64,000 bases of DNA, taken from positions 3,849,838 through 3,913,837 of the forward strand of contig CAJINV010000002.1 in the NCBI GenBank assembly GCA_905178155.1, read 5' to 3'. The position numbers were made by a program, and so were the translations under genes. Every line of letters starts with the position of its first letter. The first letter of the stretch is position 1. The notes beneath the pieces were generated by a model. The model was not told the DNA's origin. It worked only from the letters and a program-made list of their open reading frames with translations, and did no database searches. This stretch comes from Amoebophrya sp. A120. Lineage: Eukaryota > Protista > Dinoflagellata. Below are positions 12,290-23,910 of the stretch, piece by piece.

Positions 12290-13395
12290 GTGACATAAGT
12301 CACAGCATAGGTCGGTGGGCGAAGCAGTGGGGCGGCTCTGCACGGTATTTTTCCGAGCTGCTCGTGACAAGAAGGTTAAAAGCAAATTAAGACGGATGGA
12401 AATTTCTTTTTAACAAGTTGGAATGATTGACTGACTTTGTAAAATTATATGGTGACAGCACGAAGAATAATGACTAAAGTAAGACAGACGAAGACGCAGA
12501 TGAGTATATATTGCTGTTGACAGCTAGAAGGAGAATAGGAATCAACACGAACAGCTGCAGAGCGAGCAATTAATGCTAGTAGACAAACTTTTGAAGTTTG
12601 ACAAGTTCTACAAAATCTCCTGTACCTTGCTTGTATCAAAAATGTGGAACTTATTGCAACACTCTACTTTTGAGTGTTGCAAATCGAATGAACTCCTATA
12701 CGTAATTTTGTGCTTGAAAATAAGATAAAAAAAAAATGATTACGCGTACCCGCGCGCAGTTCGAAGATGCCGCTTTTATCTTCGAGCGGGCTCTCGACGG
12801 TGCAACGTGTTGACAGAATCAACTGTGGAACGAGTTGACTCTGTGGTTCACAAGGTGTTCGACGACGCAGGGGTGCGGGCGCGGCCTTCCTGTCTGCGAA
12901 GAAAACAAATGCTTCCCTAGGCCGCCCACTGGTTCTTGGCGACGATTATATCTCTTTTGAGGAAAAAGGCGATCCTGCTGCTGGTGAAGGATTTTTTGAA
13001 GGCGGGAAGTTCTGCTACGGCACGACGTTGTTTTCCCTTCTCCACTTTACAAATGCCGGCTCTTCATTTCCAAGCTGGCTTGATGTTTTCCATCGGATCT
13101 TTCAATTTCTGATTCTAATTTTTCTTTTGTTCAGGCAACGGGTGGATCTTCTTTCGAGTGTCCAAACTGAGGAAGACAAGTTTAGGTGTGTAGGATAGTG
13201 GTGTTTGATATTTTCTAGAGCTGATATTTTTTAGTCTCACTTTGTTTCTTTTTCATCTTACATGTCGCCACATGAGAGAGGTCGCATTCGCTAGTATTTT
13301 CAGACCGGATTTGTTGACGCACGATAATGCTCCCGATCATGCTCACTTTTTTTGCAACTTTAGTCGGCTAGAATTTTCCGTAAACCACTAAAAAG

Positions 13396-16300
13396 ATGAT
13401 AAACCGCGCAACCCCGAATCTGCTTCCAGCTGGGCATACGTCCCCAGCGGGCTATAGCGCTGGCGCAATGACTACGCGTATTGGAGCTGGGACAGCGACT
13501 GCTACCGCGCTACCGCAGAAGAAAGCCCGGATTTCGCAATTTGATTTGCTGTGGAAGGTGGCGAACGAATACTGGACGGAGGAGAACTTTTTGCTCCAGT
13601 TCGAATTTTTTCAACAACAGGAAGGAACTAATAATAGCAATCTTCAAGCGCCGCCAACAGCACTCAACACGAAAGCTGCCTTTGGCACGACTTCTAGCAA
13701 GCAGCCTCTGTTGAACAACAATCAGAACAATGCGGCAACAAGTAGGATAAGAACGACCAAGGACCAGTCTACCGAGCTCGGGGAGGCCAACACTCGGCCC
13801 TGCGTTTACCACCGGTTTTCCCACTCGCTTGCGTGGGAGGTTCTTCTGCCAGTGGTACTAGCGTCTACTCCATCTGCAAGTTTGATGAAGACAACCTCAT
13901 TTCCCCTCAACACACGACCGGAAGTTCTTTCATCTGTTACAACTACTGCGAGTGGTGGTTTCCAGAATAGGAGAAAATCTTCCGGTGGTGGATCAGCATT
14001 CAATAAGTCAGGATTGTCCTCGAGTACTAGTAGTGATGCGAACAGTACTGTAACACTGCAGCCGCAGGAGTTCTCCGCTTTGGCCACGGGCCCGACGAGG
14101 AGTTTCGCGAAAGCCGCAGCGGTGCGGAATTTATTGCAGCAGTTGAATTTTGGCGACCTTGTGGACCTCGAGTTTGAGAAGGGGTTGAAAAAAGAACTTC
14201 TCGCGGTAATGGAGTTTCTCCGGGCGTTTGTCCGTGTCGTGCAGAACAGTGAACAGACGGAGAGCGAGAAGGTGGGAGAGTTTTTGAATCTCTTGGAAAA
14301 ACTAAAATCCCGGTTGACTGCTGCTGCGGCGCTTGTTGTATTGCCGTCTTCAACGATAATATCGAAGGACGGAGAAGGAGAGCCGGCCGGGAATGCAGCG
14401 AAGAGACGAAGAACGGAGAATTGGGGAGCTGCTATTAGTACTACTGGGGCGACCTCCATCCGAGAACCAGGCGGAGCACTGGCAGCAGCGTCCGAGCAGA
14501 ATGATAAAAGACCCGCAACTACTGCGACCTCAGCTGCCACGCCCCCCTCCTCATCTCTCGGCCACTTCCTGTGGGCTTTCATTCCCTTCCACTACATTTG
14601 GGAGTTCACCCTCGCACACGCGGTGAATATGGAAGCACAAGTCAACCGCTTGTTCAAAACTTTACCTATCGTTGAGGAAGATCATAACAAGTACCCGTTT
14701 CCGTTAGATTACTGGGAAGAACTCGTGGAAAGCAGCCTTGTGCACGTGAGGGGTGTGAATAACATGCTGGTCGCTGCCGTCCCGGCCGCGCCGGCGCAGA
14801 GTACTTCTAAAGTGGTCGCGCCAACTTCTTTTACTACAGCAGTGGCTGCTCCTGCTTCGGGTGACTCGTCAAAGAACGTTATCACCGGCACCGGACCCGC
14901 CTCTTCTTCGTCTACTGTTCCTGTAATCGTGCAACAACCGCCTCAACACGCTCACCATGTAATCAATCCGTATCAAATCGAGGAGCGCTACAACCTGGCG
15001 ACCCGTGCGCTGTACCATCTAGGGAACAAAACTGAGAAGCTTCTTCACGACAAATCATTTTGCGACGCGGACAGCAAAAAATACTTTCACCATTTTCGCC
15101 ACGCTCTAGCGGTCGAGCGGGCCCAGGAAATCGCACAGAAGGTGGGGGGGGCAGGAGCACTGATTTCCATTTCCAGTGGTGGTGGCAGCAGTTCCTCTGC
15201 AGGTCCACAACAGCACCAGCCGTTCGACAGAGGTTCTGGCGGTCCGCCTGGTCGAGATCAGCAGAATTTACCGCTTTCCCTCGAAGTGGGCGCGACGGTT
15301 TACCAGTCCGGGTTGTTGAAGCAGGTGCTGAATCCGACCACAAATACCCTCTCCGTCGAGCCAGCCGAGGTGGAGCGAAAAAATCACAGCAAGTCCCTGA
15401 CACAGCAGAGCCACGCGAATTGGGTGAAGAACACGAAAAAGACGCCGTTGGGGGCGCTGCAAGTCATGAAGTTTGCAAACGCAATTTCGTATTCAAGTAA
15501 TCTCCAGTTCCGGGAAATCCGGGAAAACGATTTATTAGTCTTATCGCAGAGTACCACCAACGGCTTTTACATCGCCCGGGTGGTGGGGAAAAAGGACTTT
15601 TTGAAAAGAGAATTTCTCATCCAGGTGGAGAGCTTCTGCGGCACTGGTAGTAGTACAAGTGTAAGAAGAACTTCATCAAACGCAGCAGTACCATCAACCG
15701 TAGCTCCCCCTGATCATGCGAACAATCCGCACGACAAGAAAAGCTCTCTGCTATTGCTAAAGGGAACGACGTGGACCGCCGTGAAGCTGGATTCGGTTGT
15801 TTACGACCGACAGGTCACAGCGTTGCACGAGTTTTGCGCGACGAGGACGACTACAACGAGTGGTGTGCTGACGAAAATAAATTCAGCAGCGCCAATTTCT
15901 GCTCAACAAAATAAAGAACACCACCCGCTCCTGCGCCAAATCCTTCTTGGCAGGACGAAGGAACGAACGCAGCAGAACAGCATCAATTTCTACAGCTCGA
16001 AAGCGAAACCAAAAGAGGGGCTCAACGCTTCCCAATCGGCCGCGATTGATTCCGCCCTGCAAGAACCGCTGACGATCATCCAGGGGCCGCCTGGAACGGG
16101 GAAAACTTTAATATCAAATGTAAAAATGTCTGGGTCTGGAAGAGTGCATGTTTGTCATGCTTGTCTGGCATGACTCTTCAATCTGGTATGCGCGTTACCC
16201 AAGATCCCCACTTTTCTGTCATGCAGAAACGCAGGCTGTCATGCAGAATAGGCAACACCTAGAAGCTCAGAAACTTGTCATGCTGAGCCAGCACTTGTGG

Positions 16301-19300
16301 CCTCCTCATGATACGCCACCCAGCATCACAAGTTTCCAGACCAAGACGCTTTTGCATTTGATGCTTAACTTGCTGTCGCATTTTGAAGTCGTGGCTTTCT
16401 GGCATCGTGTATTGAGAGGAAAAATCCCCCCTCCCCATATTGAAAAGGTATGTTCGCAAGAATTTGTGTTGCGGATTTGAGGTCACAAATCACATCTGTC
16501 TTGCAAGAAGACAAGGGCAGAAGCTTCCGCCCCATTATGGAAGCGATTTGTCATTCTGCTGGGCTTAAAGGGGGGCCGCTTGCCATGCTGAACTACTAGA
16601 TCCATACGCCCCTCCCTAGCCTGGGGATCTGGCCGCAGTGCCTCTCTGCAATACAAAGGTGGTTTGTGGTCACAAATCAGCATCACAAATTTCCGTTTTG
16701 ATATGGGGAGAGGGGATTTTTCATTGTGATATCGTGGCGAAGAATAAGATGGATAGGAACAACGCCAATAGCAGCTCGGCGATGTTGATGGGTCAACAAT
16801 CCGGGAGAAGAAATAACAGCACTGGTTCCTCCGGTGGAAACAACAAAAAATCGACCACGACCAAGATACTCGCCGTGGCAGATACAAATATCGCAGCGGA
16901 TAACCTGTATTATGGGTTGAAAAAGCTGCTTTTGGAACAGCAAACCACGAGCGGGTCTTCGTCTACTTCGGGTGGGGGGCAACTACATGCTGGCGGCACG
17001 CTGAAACAAGGACAAACCCTATGTCATTGGAAAAAACTGCCCTAATCATGTCTTCACCGCTGTGGGGACGATGACGTAGCAAGCTCTGATGTATCAGTAT
17101 GTTGACAGACTAGGAGAGAGTTATCCATGATTCGAATGATCACGAAAAGACATTGCTGTAAGACCACGCTGGTACAGTTCGTTCTTGTTGCACTCATTTT
17201 AGTACCAAGTATGCGAAAAACTACACGTGCTCGCGCACCACAGTAGGAGAGGACTACTACATGGAGCATAATTTTTCTCGTTTTATAACTTCCCCAAATC
17301 GCGAGGATAGGCGTGAACGCCGACGGGGATCTGTTGGAAGAACAGCTGAAGTCCCACGCTCTGTACTCAAGGCTGAACAGCTACAGAAATAACGAAGAGA
17401 ATACAACTTCTAGTGGACATAACGCATCAAACAGTGGCACGAATAAATCTGCCGTCGAAATTGCGAAGTTGCGGCAGCAAATGACTTTGGACATCGCGGA
17501 GCAAGCCATTGTGCTGATAAGCACGAGCGTCGGCATCGCAAACCCCATGTTTGGCTGCGGAAACAACAATAGTATGGGGACGTCGAACATGTTGCGCCAC
17601 AGTGCAGCTGCAGAAGGCGCTGCAACAGGAGGAGGAGTTACAGCTACTTCCAGTTTTGTTTTCGAAAAGATTTTGATCGACGAGTGCACGCAGGCGACGG
17701 AGGTTTCCTCTCTTGTCGCGCTGACGAAGGGGGGAAGCGCGTTGAAATCTCTCGTGCTCGCCGGGGACCACATGCAGCTGCCCCCGACGGTCGTGTCCCG
17801 GTCGGCTATCGTATGTAAAAACGTGGTCACCACCTCAGAGTTGTGATGCATGTTTGCAACGACAGGGTTACATTTGTAATGCGGTTCTACATGAGAGGCA
17901 TGTCCTGTATCGTGTTTTGGCATTTGTGGTGCTGTAAACAGGATAAGGAGATGGGTTTGTGGTGCGACTGTCCTTGCTAACCTGTACTACATTACAAGGG
18001 CGAACTTGTCATGCATCAGTCCCAAAACTTTTGGATTTGTGTTGCAGACTTCCCAACTTGACTCCGGGGTGGAGACGTTTTTACAAGTGATATCGGCGAA
18101 GGCTTGTTTATCGCTGTCTTTATTCGAGCGGCTAGTTTCGAAACTGCAGTATGGCCGGTTTTTTCTGGATACGCAGTACCGCATGAGAAGTAGAAAATTG
18201 TTGGACTTTGTCAACAAGGAGTTTTACGGGAGTAAGTTAGGGGATGGATTCGGTGGACTGGCTGACGAAGGAGCTGAAGCGAGCCAAGCATGTTTGGAAA
18301 CAGGACAACCGGTTGGTCGTGCGGAAAGAGAAACGGCTCCGTCTCCCCTCGAAGTTCCGGCTATAATTGCTGCGCGCGAGAAAGCTGCCACACGTCCTCT
18401 TCCCGATCTCGCACTGGTGGTAAAAGATGGTATCCGGGTAGACCAGGGCCCCTGCTCAGACCAGGGCCCCTGGGACCAGGGCCCCCAGGACCAGGGCCCC
18501 TAGGACCAGGGCCCCTAGGACCAGGGCCCCTACGGATTGGGGCCCCTGCGGACTGAACGGCATCCCGGAATCTGGTACACGGCGCGGCGCGGCCGGAAGC
18601 GGAGATGTCTACCAGCGGATCTTCCAGTCGAAATAATCTGGGCCACCAAGTAAGTATGCATGTCATGGGACTCCTAGTATCTGGCCAGGAGGTAGAAGAA
18701 GGTAGGCCACAAGTAATATGGGACGCAGTCGGCTGACTACTCAGAGCATTTCTCTCACTTTCTAGATTCCTCGACGCGCGTCGGCGTCACAAGTTCTCAG
18801 TTGTGCAGACCCAGATCTATTTACAATGCAACGGGCATCGTTTTTTTTTGTAGTCAGCCACGTACTTGAGCTTCTCCGTCTGTCTTTTTTGGGTGGTGTC
18901 GTTGAGGAATCTTGTGCATTTTTTCCCTTGATGATGCTTGTCTGAACGATTATTCTGTAAATCTCCGCCCTTTGGGTGATGCGTTTCTGGCTGGCAATCC
19001 AGCTGGAAACAATTGGAAAATGCATCTGCAGCGCATTTCCGCCTGGAAATGCAGCTGCAGATGCCTTTTCAAAGCTTTTCTAGCTGGGACTCCAGTTGGA
19101 AACATGCAGAAAAGGCATCTGCAGCGCATTTCCTCCTGGAAATGCAGCTGCAGATGCCTTTTCTCTGCATTTCTCGCTGGAATTCCAGCTGGGACTCCAG
19201 CTGGAAGCATTTGGAAGAGGCATCTGCAGCGCATTTCCACCTGGAAACGCAACTGCAGATGCCTTTTCAACGCATTTCTAGCTGGAAATCCAGCAAGAAA

Positions 19301-21600
19301 TCAATGCACTCGGTAACCAAATCAAAGCAAGCTTGCTCGTGACATCAAACCAGGGAGATCTTGATCTCTTCCCCCGTCCGCACCTGCGCATCCAGGGCAA
19401 AAACATGTGGGGATGTTTTTGCCCAGGTTCTGCCGCTACACATCATGTATCTAATTATTAGGTTCTGGCTTTTATAGGAATATCAATATGCGAAGCCTTT
19501 CCATGTCATACCACGCAGATCAACACTTATGCTTTGCCTGTGCCTGTACACGTGCCCTGCGCGCCAAGTAACGACAAGCAGCATGAAGAGTGAGCCCAAC
19601 AACTTTCCGCCGAGTCATGAAGCCAAAAATAAAGAAGCACAGTGAGACGCCACGACCGACGGGCGCCGTTTGTATTCGAAATGTGTGTTTCCCTGCAAAA
19701 GCATTGCTCGAGCGGACCGGGATGCAGCTCAAACTGCTAACGAGAGAGATCACAAATTGCCACCATGACCGTCAAGCTTTCCTTCGTTTGTACGTAGAGC
19801 GACGCCCCAACTTCTCCAGATCCAGACACCAGATTCCGGGATGCCAGATTCCGAGACACCGTAGGGACCCCAGTCCGTAGGGGCCCCACTCCGTAGGGGC
19901 CCCAGTCCGTAGGGGCCCCAATCTGTAGGGGCCCTGGTCCCAGGGGCCCCTATTCCAGGGGCCCTGGTCCTAGGGGCCCTGGTCCCAGGGGCCCTGGTCT
20001 ACACCTTTACCGATATCGCCCTGGTCTACACCTTTACCGCGGCAGGTCCTCTTCCCGATCTCGCACTGGTGGTAAAAGATAGAAAGCAGCACAATAAAAC
20101 TCCTTCTGGGACGAACGACACAAAATATCTTCTCCCGGAAGAGTTGCGCTTGGCCCGGGTTCTGCTTATCAATATCCCCCCACAATATCAATACCCCAAC
20201 CAATCAGACGAGCAGCGATGCGGCACCTCGAAGCAGAACCACAGGGAAGCTGACGCGGTTTTGACGACGCTGTTTTCGCTTTTTGTGAAAATCATGCTCG
20301 CCGACGACCAGGACGGCGTGAAGGAGAATGTCGACAAGGGCAGGAAGACCTTCGCGGTCCTCACGGCGTATTCTGCACAGAAACAGCTGTTGCAGAGACT
20401 CTTTCACCAGAGAGCCCGGAAGCGGTTCCCGGGCTACTATCAAGACAGTAGACACGGCGAATTACAAGGAATAAGCATCGATCCGGCGCAGCTTTCTACC
20501 CTTTTGCACAAGCAAACGATGATTGAAACGGTCGACGGGTGCCAGGGCCGGGAGGCGGACTTTGTGCTGTTTTCTTCGGTGCGGCGGGGGAAAAAACTTG
20601 GGTTTTTGACGGACAAAAGACGGCTGAACGTGATGCTTTCGCGGGCCAAATATCAAACAAAAAAGTGTTAATGTTAACGGTTATTTTCATAGATTGCAAA
20701 TATGCATGACAAATTTTACCTAGCATGCATGCTAAGCATGACAAATCTGGGGTACACGTTTTTTGATGCATTACTGCATGCCAAATTGAAATTCCGTATA
20801 ACGTTAACAATTTTTATTTTTGGTGTGATACCAAATCAGGATTGATTGTGTTTGGGGACAAGGAGACTTTACAGGCGTATCAGCATAATTCTGCTCCGGA
20901 GAGCAGTACTCCAACCACCAAGAACTGCACAAGCAGCGCGGGGGCCATAATTGCGTCGCAGTCATTAACCTCGAATCCCCCACTAAAGGAGGAAGACGAG
21001 GGGGCTCTGCTGTGGAAAAAATGGGTCGAGGATAGGGTGGAGAGCAACGCCGTTTTAGATTTGAAACACTGGGAAGACAAATGTCTGGAAATTCGTAAAA
21101 CTGCCGCACCCGCGCAGCAGTACAACGTGACTAATTTGCGGAACTGGGCGACTGCAGCAGGACCCGGTGGTCAAAATCAAAATCAAAATCCTACTACCGT
21201 GGCGGCGCAAGCGCCAGCAGGAGCCCCTTTTGGGGGTAGAAGAGACCCCCGGTCGTCCGCCTCCGGCTCTGCGTCTTCCGGTGTAGATGAGGATGAGAAT
21301 TACTTTAGCATGCAGAACAGCATGATGAGAAATCGAAACAAATTCGTCATTACCGCCGACCTCCAGAACGCACTACGGGCAAATTCTCTGAACACTAATC
21401 CCAGTCAAAGCAAGACGCCGGCGGTAGTTGGGGTGCAAATGGAAACAGGCGGTGATTTGGCGCAGGGAGATTTAGTACGGGATGCGACACCTGCGGAAAG
21501 TAGTGCTGGCGCCCTGACTTCTTCTGCCACTGTGCATAGCGCGAATAATAGTACAAATACGAAAATTATGGAGAGTAATATGAACGAAAAAAACGAATAA
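13396..21600 (+). CDS. UPF1/IGHMBP2/DNA2-NAM7-like superfamily 1 helicase (AAA_11/AAA_12 type); 5 introners plus one 1.65-kb TE-derived intron
   Basis: Motifs LNASQSAAI, IQGPPGTGKT, ILAVADTNIAADNL, ILIDECTQATE, LAGDHMQLPPTV, SLFERL, LDTQYRM, NHREA, VLTAYSAQ, ETVDGCQGREADFVLFSSVR, FLTDKRRLNVMLSRAK|SGLIVFGD. Confidence 0.9.
16112..16363. mobile_element. Introner family A, just after Walker A
   Basis: DR tttaa/cttaa. Confidence 0.85.
16410..16731. mobile_element. Introner family D
   Basis: DR tcgtg/tcgtg. Confidence 0.9.
17020..17287. mobile_element. Highly degenerate introner-like intron
   Basis: tat...ata ends; removal plus 5 nt gives QTPQIARIG; DR aaccc/acttc. Confidence 0.5.
17807..18092. 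mobile_element. Introner family C
   Basis: DR tcggc/tcggc. Confidence 0.9.
18429..20045. mobile_element. Foldback-type insertion with long modular TIRs (17-bp GGACCAGGGCCCCTA-type units), flanked by a 35-bp duplication
   Basis: Left array about 18437-18555 is reverse-complementary to right array about 19860-20040; gtcctcttcccgatctcgcactggtggtaaaagat at 18394-18428 and 20046-20080. Confidence 0.8.
18978..19295. repeat. About 93-105-bp tandem repeat (about 3.3 copies), each unit containing a long palindrome
   Basis: aaaaggcatctgcagcgcatttcc-n-cctggaaatgcagctgcagatgccttttc in each unit. Confidence 0.85.
20651..20830. mobile_element. Introner, singleton TIR (tatcaaacaaaaaa...gttaacg)
   Basis: DR ccaaa/ccaaa; splits SRAK|SGLIVFGD. 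Confidence 0.85.
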
Positions 21601-22205
21601 ACTGTGTTGAAGAAAATCAGCAGACCCTGGAACAAAAGCGATCAAAGTATGTAGGCAAACAATTCTGGGTGTAATTTTACACCTCTTGTCCTGACGCGCA
21701 ATGTGACCGAGTATACTAGCTCTAGCTCTGATCGTCCCTCACCACCAGCTCTGCCGCCGCAAAGGCACCAGGCGGTAGGGCGCAAAAGAGGCATCATTTT
21801 CTTGTGCGTTGTGGTAGAGTTGTGCAGCGCAAGGTCGTGTTTACTATCCTTTCTATCTTCACAACTACGTCGTGCAGTGACGTCGTGTAGGAGCTGTCTT
21901 TTTTTTTTCGGTCTACTTAGTCGACTAGCGGAAGTTGTAGAAAAGTGCCATTATATCGGTTTTGTGATTAAGGAAAAGAAATCATGTTTAACGATCATCA
22001 TACTTCGGTTGATGTTTTGCAGAGTTACTTGCGTCCATCGGTGTAGTAGTACTTCTACTTGCATGTGCAGTGTTTCACACGGCTCTGTCCCTGTACCTGC
22101 GCTTCTCGCCCACAGCGCTGTGTAAGCAAGAAGCGCCGTCGGTTTGGACGTGTCGATCCGTTTTGTCTTCACCTCGGTTTGGACATGTGGATCTACTTTT
22201 CCTTG

Positions 22206-23180
22206 ACCTCGGTTTGGACAAGGACCACTTGGTGTCTTGACCACAGTGTGATCGGTTAACTATGGATGCACCCCGGTGCATCATTTTCGAGTAAGTGACG
22301 GAAAGTTCTATGATGTGATAGAAAGGGCTAGCAGATCCCTGGTAAGCTAATGCACGGTGGCACGACTTGGACTGGACCGGCACTCAAGGCGGGGGTCGTG
22401 CCAGGATGGAATTTTATTTCGATCGGCTGGACTCAGTCACGGTTGACTGGGGGCCGATGTGGTTTCTCTTGAATGATAGCGCTAAGGCTCACATGCCCAG
22501 GAAGGTGCGACAACTGGACTCAGTCTTGTGGGAAGGTCAGACTGGGGGTTGGGATCGCTCAAATTTGTTTTGGTTCGGATAGAAGGTTACGTAGGCATCT
22601 GCATCTCCACACTTCGGAGCAACACAGTACGAAATTCGGATCGCGGTTTTCGCGCAAAGAAGTATGTGCCTTGTTTGGCCCACACGCCCTGCTGTGCCAG
22701 GGAGGTTGACGCAGGTCTGGTCTTTTCTCAACCTAAGTTGTCCGTGCCTGGGTTTTGGCTTGGTCGGCACAGTCTTGAGTCTCGGCCATTTGGGGCCACA
22801 GGCAACAGTAGTGGTTGGAGTACGGTGGCGGTGGGGGAGTCCGCCAAAGTTGTATATTAAGTATGGCCCCGTGAAGGAGGTACTGGTACCGGGGCAGCAT
22901 CCTCAGGGGGAGGCCGTTTTAGGTGGCACGCTTGGAATAGGTCTAGGACAGTGGAAGACTCGTGCACTTACTGCTACTGCAGCTCGGAGGGGGCAAACTA
23001 AGCTTTTCTGTTTGGAAAAGCAGGAGGCCTTGGGACTGGTAACTTGGTGCCGCGCGGCCTTGTTCGGTTGACACACCCCCGGGTCTTTGACAAGGACCAC
23101 TCGGTTGACAAACCCCCGGGTGACTTCACCTCGGTTTGGACAAGGACCACATGGTGTCTTGACCAGAGTGTGATCGGTTA
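22206..23180. mobile_element. Possible TE relic bounded by 53-bp direct repeats
   Basis: acctcggtttggacaaggaccac.tggtgtcttgacca.agtgtgatcggtta at 22206-22258 and 23128-23180 (2 mismatches); interior has broken ORFs. Confidence 0.4.
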
Positions 23181-23910
23181 TTAACTACATAAGGACAATG
23201 AGTCAACAGAGGAGGCTAATATCGAGTCGCCTCCTAAGTCAGCCTGATTTGTTGTTGTGCTCGAGGAACTCGAAGAGAACAAGATCCGCAGCGTGATTAA
23301 GTACTTACTTCCAGCAGACCATGAAGAATTTCGTTTCATCATCTGCTGAATGTTGGTGCTATAAAAATCGCATGTTACTACTGCTGCTGTCTACCGCTGC
23401 GAACAGTACTAAACAAAAAGAAAGTGACAAAAGCTATACGTTTCCGCTGCCCGGAGAAAAAGAAATGAAAAAGCGTTGTCACAACTCCTCCGAAATACAA
23501 CTTCAGGCCAGGCTACAACTACCTATATTTCTCCCATTTTTTCTTGCACATTTTTTTCATCAATGTACCGATTAGGATTTTTGACCTCACGATGCACAAT
23601 TAAGATCTTCCAGTTACTACACTTTTGATGCACTTCACACGAAAATAACTTCAGACCACTCGGATAAGTAAGCACAGCATGTTGAACGCGATAAAGACAT
23701 TCCAAACTCCCAGAAAAAAATCGGATGATCAGTGAGGGGCGAAGCGAGGCGGGGGCGTGAAGACTTCTCAGAACAACAAACGTGGTCTTCCTGAACTGCG
23801 TGCTGCCAGCAGCATATAAGTTAGTACCAGAAGGTTTTTTCTTCGAACGGGCCCGGGCGGAGTGAGTGCGCAAACATAACATCAAAACAAACCACGGAAC
23901 AAGAATCATC

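Noticed and set aside
13806-14582. Long minus-strand ORFs (also 24909-25553, 35402-36100)
   Set aside because: Antisense shadows of + strand low-complexity exons
18290-18666. Collagen-like GPGP ORFs
   Set aside because: Artefact of the 17-bp GC-rich subrepeats in the foldback element's TIR
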